In this document: one piece after another, positions 56,512-64,000 of the stretch
How positions within the stretch are numbered: the first letter of the stretch is position 1
How the letters are laid out: each line of letters starts with the position of its first letter
Assembly (NCBI RefSeq): GCF_001194135.2
Contig: NC_069000.1
Coordinates: 3,255,480 to 3,319,479, forward strand
DNA: 64,000 nt
Direction of reading: 5' to 3'
Origin: Octopus bimaculoides
Taxonomy: Eukaryota
The notes under the pieces: generated by a model
What the model saw: only the letters and a program-made list of their open reading frames with translations
Database searches by the model: none
Told to the model about the DNA's origin: nothing
Program-made: the position numbers and the translations under genes

Positions 56512-58549
56512 CACGTCTAGATGTCTATACACATACATGTATGTATATATGTTATATGTATGTACAAGTGTAAGTGTACGCATGCATATGCTTATATAAC
56601 ACATCCATCTCTCCCTCCGTGCATTCAGCCATAAAAGAATAAAACAGACGTACTTGTATTCATAAATACATATTTAACACATGTAGCCACATACACATTA
56701 AAACGCCAATATTTTTCCCCTAAAGTTGAACAACAATCTTCATTATGTGTCTCTCTTAATTCAAACTCACACCCAATTGGAACATTAACACTTCTGATGC
56801 AGTCACAAGCATACATCACTTTGCACAACGCCACCATCTCACACAAGAGAACGCGCACGCACAGATACATATGTTTAAATACACTAACACACTATGATGA
56901 TGACTCATAACACGTAAATACACATTTAAAACCATGTTCGTTTATTTGTTTAACACTTTACATATGCGACACTTTATCAATATTCCATAAATTTTAACTT
57001 TCGTACAATTCATGATCGTACATAATAAAACCAGCAGACAGCAGCCATATCGTATGGCCTAGATCGGTTGTTCGTTCGTTCGTTCGGTCTCTACCGTGTA
57101 AAACCAATTATATGACACATCAACACAATAAAAATACTTCGTGCCTCGTTTCTCGTTTTCCAGGAAAATTTTCTTCAGCCCCACCAACCCCAAATGAAAC
57201 CCAACCACGTTGATCACCGTTCACTATGCAAACTGCAAAAACACCCAATTCCTGTTAGCTTTCCAATTTCTCTGGCTTCTTTGTGAAGGTGTGAAGTTGG
57301 CTTGTCGAAATTTGGTCTGTTTTGTTTTGTTTGTTTTGTTTCAGAATTATAGATTGATAAATTGGTTGTTTATTTGATATTGTTAACAGCAGCAGCAGCA
57401 GTAGTGGTAGTAGTTTTTCCTTTCTCATATTGCATTATGCATTAAATATGTTGTGTCTGTCAACTGAGAGAAGTGTAAAATGTGATCACCAATAATTGTT
57501 CAAAGACAGCTATCAACACTCACATCTGCTCAGGATAAACACGCACATGTAAACAGACACAAGTACATATCGCTGAATATTTATATATTCACACATACAT
57601 ACATACATACATACAAACGCACATGCATCGCAGTATAGACCTAAGAAAAGAACTCTCAACATATAACGGTGAGTTTCAATATTTGTGTTGATACATTTAT
57701 GTAAACCTAAGCTACCTTAAATTTTATATCATTCCCCCTAATCATTTCTATGTGATCAAACAAAGCAACAGCTAAAGAGTGTGAAGAATAACGCATCTTC
57801 GGATAGAGCCCTACTTCTTTTTCAATCGCGTCTATTTACCATTGAGGTTTTACATAAAATGCACAACTGTATATGCTAAGGATTCAACATTTTCATACTG
57901 CTGCCATCAACGGAGCTTACATTCTATGAAAAACAGTCGCTAGAATTATCGACACCGATATTACACTAATCATAGACGTTAAAAATTGATGTTATATATA
58001 AGCGCAGAAGGTGATGAGTTGCTCGAAAACATATCAGCTTTAATCCAGGATATGCGACGGAAATGAGATTACTGATATCATTTACGCTGGCAACACATAA
58101 ATGCTTTGTACACAAGCATATACAGATACACACCATATGTATATATGTGTGTGCGCGTATATTTGAAAAAATATATTTGAATTTTGCGTTACAAGCAGTA
58201 CAATGATTATATATATATATATATATATAATGGGAAAGTGGCAGAACTTTCCTCAGTAAAATTAGAAAGTGAAATAAAAGTACTGAACACAATAAGCACT
58301 AGACTTTAAAAATATATATTTACTGAGATTGAGTTATTGAACTAAACATCGTTCAATGCGGTGCTCCAGCATGACCTCGACACAATGAATGAAACAGGTA
58401 AAACATAAATGTGTGTGTATACGTGGGTGCATGTAATTAAGTATTAATATCCCTCCCCAAGAGAGTATTTAATGAAACGAACCTGTCAAATGGTGATGTG
58501 CAACGAAGATATTGTATGAACATGGAGTCGTCGCAACAGCAACAATTTC

Positions 58550-58640
58550 AATCAAGTTCGGCACAAAGCCAAGACAGTGTAGTGAGTCAAACGAAGCTGA
58601 TTATATGGACCGGTTCTGTTCTACTGACTTGTTTCATTGC
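58550..58640 (-). mobile_element. SINE family A tail, degenerate
   Basis: tcaagttcggcacaaagcc..gctgattatatggacc..ctactg. Confidence 0.4.
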
Positions 58641-59005
58641 TCTTGTTCATTTTTTTTTCTTTTTTTTTTAATATCGACCCCCAAAGATAAATGTCAAAGT
58701 TGAATCTGGATAGATTTTAATTCGAAATAACAGGCCGATTCTTAAGATGTGGCAAGGCAATTAGCCTGGTGATGTAGCGCGCTCTTTCTGACAACTTGAC
58801 TGGCGCTCTTCTTCGTATTATTGATTTCTTACGAAGTACATTGTACCACACATTCATGCGCATGTACTGATACATACGTGTGTGTGTGTGTGTGTGTGTG
58901 NNNNNNNNNNNNNNNNNNNNNNNNNNNNNNNNNNNNNNNNNNNNNNNNNNNNNNNNNNNNNNNNNNNNNNNNNNNNNNNNNNNNNNNNNNNNNNNNNNNN
59001 NNNNN

Positions 59006-59053
<48 letters not shown>

Positions 59054-59144
59054 ATGTATGTATATATTATATATATATATATGCGTATGTATACATATAA
59101 GAAACTATATATTCATGCATATTCATATATATATGTAGAGTCAC

Positions 59145-59165
59145 ATTGATGTGATAGATAGATGA

Positions 59166-59198
<33 letters not shown>

Positions 59199-59288
59199 TA
59201 GGCAGATAAATAGACAGATAGATGAATAGATAGATCGATAGATATGTAGATAATTAGACAGATAGATAAATAGATATATAGATAGATC
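59145..59288. repeat. (GATA)n-type microsatellite
   Basis: Seen directly. Confidence 0.9.
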
Positions 59289-59303
59289 TCTCTGCCCCAA
59301 ATG

Positions 59304-59612
59304 GGCGCAGGCGTGTCTGTGTGGTAAGTTTGCTTCACAGCCCCGTGGTTCTACATTTAGTCCCATAGCGTGATACATTAAGGAAGTGTCTCTCTGGATT
59401 TGGTAGACGAAAACAAAGAAGCCCGCCGCGTGCACGTGCGCGTGTGTGAGCGTTTGTGCCCTACCTCCGATTGACAACCGGTGTTGGTGTGCTTACGTTA
59501 TCGTAACTTCGGTACTCAGCCCGCCTTCCCCCCCCCAAAAAAAAACATAAAATAGGCACCATGCTTTAAAAATATGAGTACTTGTTTCGACTCATTCAAC
59601 TAAGAATTCTTG
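59304..59612 (+). mobile_element. SINE family B, near full length
   Basis: ggcgcaggcgtgtctgtgtggtaag..ggatttggtagacgaaaac..gaagcccg, an internal GT-rich spacer, then ttgacaaccggtgttggtg.. Confidence 0.75.
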
Positions 59613-59689
59613 AATGCGTCGTTTTTACTAATAGTGTATCGAAATATCCAATCCGTCTTCGAATTTGTTACAGCGGCAGAGCATATTTC

Positions 59690-60252
59690 GGTGAGAAGAG
59701 AGTGGATCAATCAAGTACCACTTGAACACTGGGTTCGATGTAATCGACACGTACTCTCCATCAAAATGGCTGCCCATGAGGCAAAACTTGAGGTCATTAC
59801 TTTTTTTTGATGATTGTTATTATTAAGATAGTGAGCTGTCAGAGTTGTTAGCACGGCGGACAAAATGCTTAGCAGCATTTTGTCCGCCCTTACGTTCCGA
59901 CTTCAAATTCCGCCGAAGTCGACTTTGCCATTCATCCCCTTCGCGATCGATAAAATAGGTACCAGTTGAGTACTGGAGTCGATGTCATCGACTATCCCCC
60001 ACCCCTACATTTAAGGCCTTGTGCTTATAGTAGAAAGGATTATCGTTATTATTATTATTATTGCTGCGCGCTGGCAGAATTGTTAGGACGCCAGACAAAA
60101 TACTTCGCGATATTTCGTCCATCTTTGAGCCGAGGTCGTCTTTGACATTCATCCTTTCGAGCGTCCATAAGATACGTATCAGTTAAGGAGTGAGACCGAT
60201 ATAATCGACTTACCCACTCCCTCGAAATTACTGGCCTGGTGTCAATAACTGA
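59690..60252 (+). mobile_element. Three head-to-tail SINE family A copies
   Basis: Core agtacca(c/g)ttga..ctgg..tcgatgt(a/c)atcgac (or close variant) recurs at ~59715, ~59958 and ~60180; heads at 59831 and 60066; TTA-rich spacers. Confidence 0.75.
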
Positions 60253-60256
60253 ACAC

Positions 60257-60340
60257 AGTAGTAGTAGTAGTAGTAATAGAAATAGTAGTAGTAATAGTAA
60301 TAGTGATAATAGTAGTAATAGTAGTAGTAGTGGTAGTGTC
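60257..60340. repeat. (TAG/TAA)n microsatellite
   Basis: Seen directly; explains the poly-Leu ORF. Confidence 0.95.
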
Positions 60341-61736
60341 ATCATTATCTATAAAACGGATAAGTCGCTAATTAATCATCAGAGAAAAAACGGAAACATA
60401 CCATTAATGAAGTAGAAAAAAATATCATTCCTCATTAATTATTAATTATCTGCTAATTAGGTACTATGTGTCTTCAGATTTATCAAAATACCCTTGATAA
60501 GTACGACTTTTATTGAAAGAAGCAGGGCAAACTGTATATAGACCAAGTATTTTTCAAAGACTATTGATTTCTGCTGAAGATTCAAGGTCGCGCATTTTTG
60601 TGGTGGGAAAGGTAGAAATAGACGAATGATTTTTTTTTTTTTAATGGTAAAATTGTATTTATTTTACCGGCACAAAGAAACATGAAAGCTAAACAAACTC
60701 TCAGTGAGATTTTAAGAACATTATTTTGGAAACACTATTTAAAATTACAAAAGTTATTTTCAAACATTACTGCAATAATTATTTTCTTGGAGATAGATTC
60801 CATTTGACAAGATTGTAGGATAGATTAATCAAATACTTTGGGAGAAAATCCGCTTTTATACGACTTAGAAGTAATAAGATGCAAGAATTAACATACTGTA
60901 AAGGAAAATGGCGCCTGTTCTTTAAATGCTTCTCTATTTTAAAATACCTCTTATATAATTTTCATTCACCTCTTACATCTCCATGCGTATATTTATACGT
61001 TTTTGCCTGTAAGTACTGACTGAGGCGATTGGGCGCGGGTTATTGGGGCAGATGGTTGGACATGACTGCCTGGACAGTCAGATTGCTTTGGCTACAGCAC
61101 TGTTTGGCGCTAGAGGAAAACAAACACGAGTGCAAACAAGTAGTAAAACACACAAAGAAATACAGAGAAAGCGAAATTGGGGAGAGAATGAAGTTCTACA
61201 AAAATAAAAGAAATTGTTGTTTTGTCATTGCGTGGTATGACCTGCAATGAAAGACCCTCCAATCGTGACTAACACAAATTGTTTTATGCATAGCAGTTCT
61301 AGAGATTAAAGTACAAAATCAATATCTTGGGCGAGGGGCTGCGGAACTGCAGCTGATGTAAGTTTTAAGGCGATTCGTCTGCTTATAATATAAAGTCAAA
61401 CCAATCTATTTCTTGAAGACCCTTCAAATACAACATTGCTATTTCATCTGGAGGCTATTTTTTTCTTTCTAAATGCACAGAAGAAGGAAAATAAATCACA
61501 GTTGTGTAGTTTAGATCAGATACAGGAAGTACTTTGTTAATAATGAAGAAAAAACATTATAATAAGTTAAGAAAATAAATTTTGAAAACCAAAATGGCCG
61601 ATTTCCTGCCATGCAAATGATAATTATGTTATTAATGTCAGCCGTGATATTATAGGTCAAGTTGTCAGTGTTCACCAGGAACATCTCTAACCGCATATTA
61701 ATAATATAATAGGTCAGGATTATTTTAGGGAGTCTG

Positions 61737-61769
<33 letters not shown>

Positions 61770-62159
61770 TATCATGGTAGCTTTGTTCTGTTCTTTCTGT
61801 CATGTATAACACATACAAATTTAAGTATATCTACGTGTGCAAATACACGTATCAGTCTATATATACATCTATCTATCTATCGAGATATATATATACACAC
61901 ACAAAAAAAAAGACAGAAATAAATGAATAAATATATACTAAGTGTGAGAGGTGAAGTGGAAGAAGAAAAAGGATGAATAAAAAAATTCAAAAGAAAAATA
62001 TATATACTTAACAATTAATCAGCCGCAGCTACAAAGTTACTCAATGTTCGAGAGTCGTTACTACGTATCACTTGCACGAAGCTCTTGCCGCTTGGAACAT
62101 TTAATAATTTTTTTCTGTTTAAGAATGAGTTATTGGTAGATTGATATTCACTAAACAAA

Positions 62160-62191
<32 letters not shown>

Positions 62192-62599
62192 AAAACACAC
62201 ACACATTTTTTGTGTGGTAAATAAACTTGCTCCACAACTGTAGGGCAGTTCCCCTGCGCGGCATCTGGAGCGTCCGTCTTCTATACAGCCCGTCGTCGTG
62301 GGGTCGAAGCTGGAAAACTATGTCGTGTATGTATATACACATACATGACATGGTGCTTCACTTCAAACTTTTTTGGCTTCTTAGAACAATCAGTGCCCGT
62401 GGAACATACTTGTTTTATTAGTAGCGCGTGTAATACATGTGGAGTGAAACACATACAATAATATTGGACTTTAATTAGATGTTGTGCACCTCTAGTTGAC
62501 CTTTTTACGCAGATCAATTTACTATAGATATATATGGGGGATGCTGTGTGGCTTGTGTAGTGCTTGCCCCCAAGTACTGCTTAACGACTAACGGCTTCG

Positions 62600-62750
62600 T
62601 CTTAAATTTGCAAGCTAGCGGTTTGCAAAAGGTGTGCGAGAAAGTAAGTATCGTACTTAGAAAGTTAAATTACAGGCGTTGCTTTATTCGACTAAACACT
62701 TTAAGGCGATGCTCCAGCTCGGTCGCAGTTCAATGAGTGAAACAGCAAAC
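62600..62750 (+). mobile_element. SINE family B tail, degenerate
   Basis: ctagcggtttgcaaaagg..tttattcgactaaacactttaaggcgatgctccagctcggtcgcagttcaatgagtgaaac. Confidence 0.65.
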
Positions 62751-63866
62751 AAACATATATATATATATAAAATAAAATGGCAAATTGAGTGCGTTTATGT
62801 ATGTAGACATGTCTCTGTATATTGATAAATGTATTTGCTAATTCATATTTCAGATTTAATTCATATTTTTATTTAATTTTTCCTTTTTTTTGTATTTTAC
62901 TCAAAATTTGAAATCGATATCATTCACATATCTTCATAGATAAAAATCAGACGAATATATTCGTTATTGAAATTGGAACTAAAATTCGAGTGCTAAATAT
63001 ATTTTTTATAATTTTTTTTTTCGTGTCCATATTAATATGACTTTAATATATTTTTAATATTAGTTTCAGCTTGAGATTTTAATATAGACTAGTTCCACCA
63101 TCCTCTGAGATATGTGTGTGTGAGAGAGTGAGAGAGAGAGAGAGAGAGAACACTTCAACGCTTCCATGTACGCAGTTGTGCGTGTGTATGTGTGTCTATG
63201 TTTTGCATCGACAAGCTGTCATCGCATAGCATAAGCTGCATTGTTGTTAATCCCCAGGGATTGTGTAACTCTAGTGGGCAGGTGTCCACCACTCGGGATT
63301 CCCAAAAATTTGGTGCAAGACCCTTAATTAAACATTTAACCAAATAGCTAATTGATTGATTGCTTAACCTTTAATTAACCAGTCAAAGTTGTTTCGTTGC
63401 CATTTGCGACCTCTTGAACAGCAACATGCCCCGTCTGCTTACGGTCTAACGGTCTCGTATAAACAACACATATATACACACGCATCTGTATATATGTCTG
63501 TATGCATGTGTACGTATTCATTTGGCGTGGATTAAATTCACCATTTGTTTTTAGTGTTCGCGTTAATTCCTATTACTCGTAGAACCAGGTCAATTTTTGT
63601 CCGAAGTTCTATAGTTTCTGCCAAAAAAACAAGAACAGAAATCATGATCGAACAGTCACGTGGTTCAAATAGTTCTAGCCATGAATGTGTCATCTAAATT
63701 TATTGTCTTTACAGTATTAATGTTTCTTCGAACATATTATACAGCTAAGTCCTTGATTCCATCTTTCAATTTGACCCTTGTTATTGTTTGAATGGTGGAG
63801 AAGGAATTGTGGAATTAAAAGGTTATCTAGCCCTGTTGCAGCTGAACTATTTTTATTCAGACTTCG

Positions 63867-63910
<44 letters not shown>

Positions 63911-64000
63911 CTATGTACACGTTTCATTTTTGTTTTTCTTATCATCTCCAACTTTATTTTTTTCCCTCCATTCATAAGATGAAACCTGATAGATTATTCA

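Larger units (their letters stand above)
1871..59005. other. Nine assembly gaps: 1871-2244, 2720-2734, 11349-11580, 13506-13779, 17526-18057, 20008-20260, 41369-41526, 53701-54344, 58901-59005
   Basis: N runs seen directly; most abut (TA)n or other microsatellites. Confidence 0.98.

Noticed and set aside
57212-57232. Minus-strand TTGCATAGTGAACGGTGATC resembling miR-153
   Set aside because: Only the first 9 nt match and I see no pre-miRNA hairpin
62015-62120. LLNVPSGKSFVQ on the minus strand, vaguely like a CRE-clade retrotransposon N-terminal motif
   Set aside because: Too short, and my recollection of the consensus is not reliable enough to support a call

Overview
AT-rich, repeat-dense, non-coding eukaryotic DNA. 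By inference it is Octopus, most like a short-read O. bimaculoides-type assembly: the tRNA-headed SINE families and mariner derivatives resemble octopus repeats as I recall them, and (TA)n/(CA)n/(GA)n/(GATA)n microsatellites are very dense. There are nine N-gaps, most abutting (TA)n tracts. I recognise no host protein-coding gene, structural RNA, conserved miRNA or CRISPR array. Nearly all ORFs in the supplied track are translations of microsatellites, gaps or SINEs. The window reads as a large intron or gene desert holding many SINE copies of about four families plus fossil fragments of Tc1/mariner, Tigger/pogo, hAT, R4/Dong-like and Penelope-like elements. The best observation is a 229-bp element (44924-45152) with a perfect 9-bp flanking duplication and inverted ends built from a 15-nt unit. 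Its entire interior is a fragment of an unrelated mariner transposase gene, i.e. a Pack-MULE-like capture. Other notable items are a ~315-bp foldback hairpin, an in-frame internally deleted R4/Dong-like RT behind an AAT tract, a chimeric SINE and a weak candidate first coding exon. SINE family labels A-D are my own, based on within-window similarity. Family and clade names are from memory, not from database searches.
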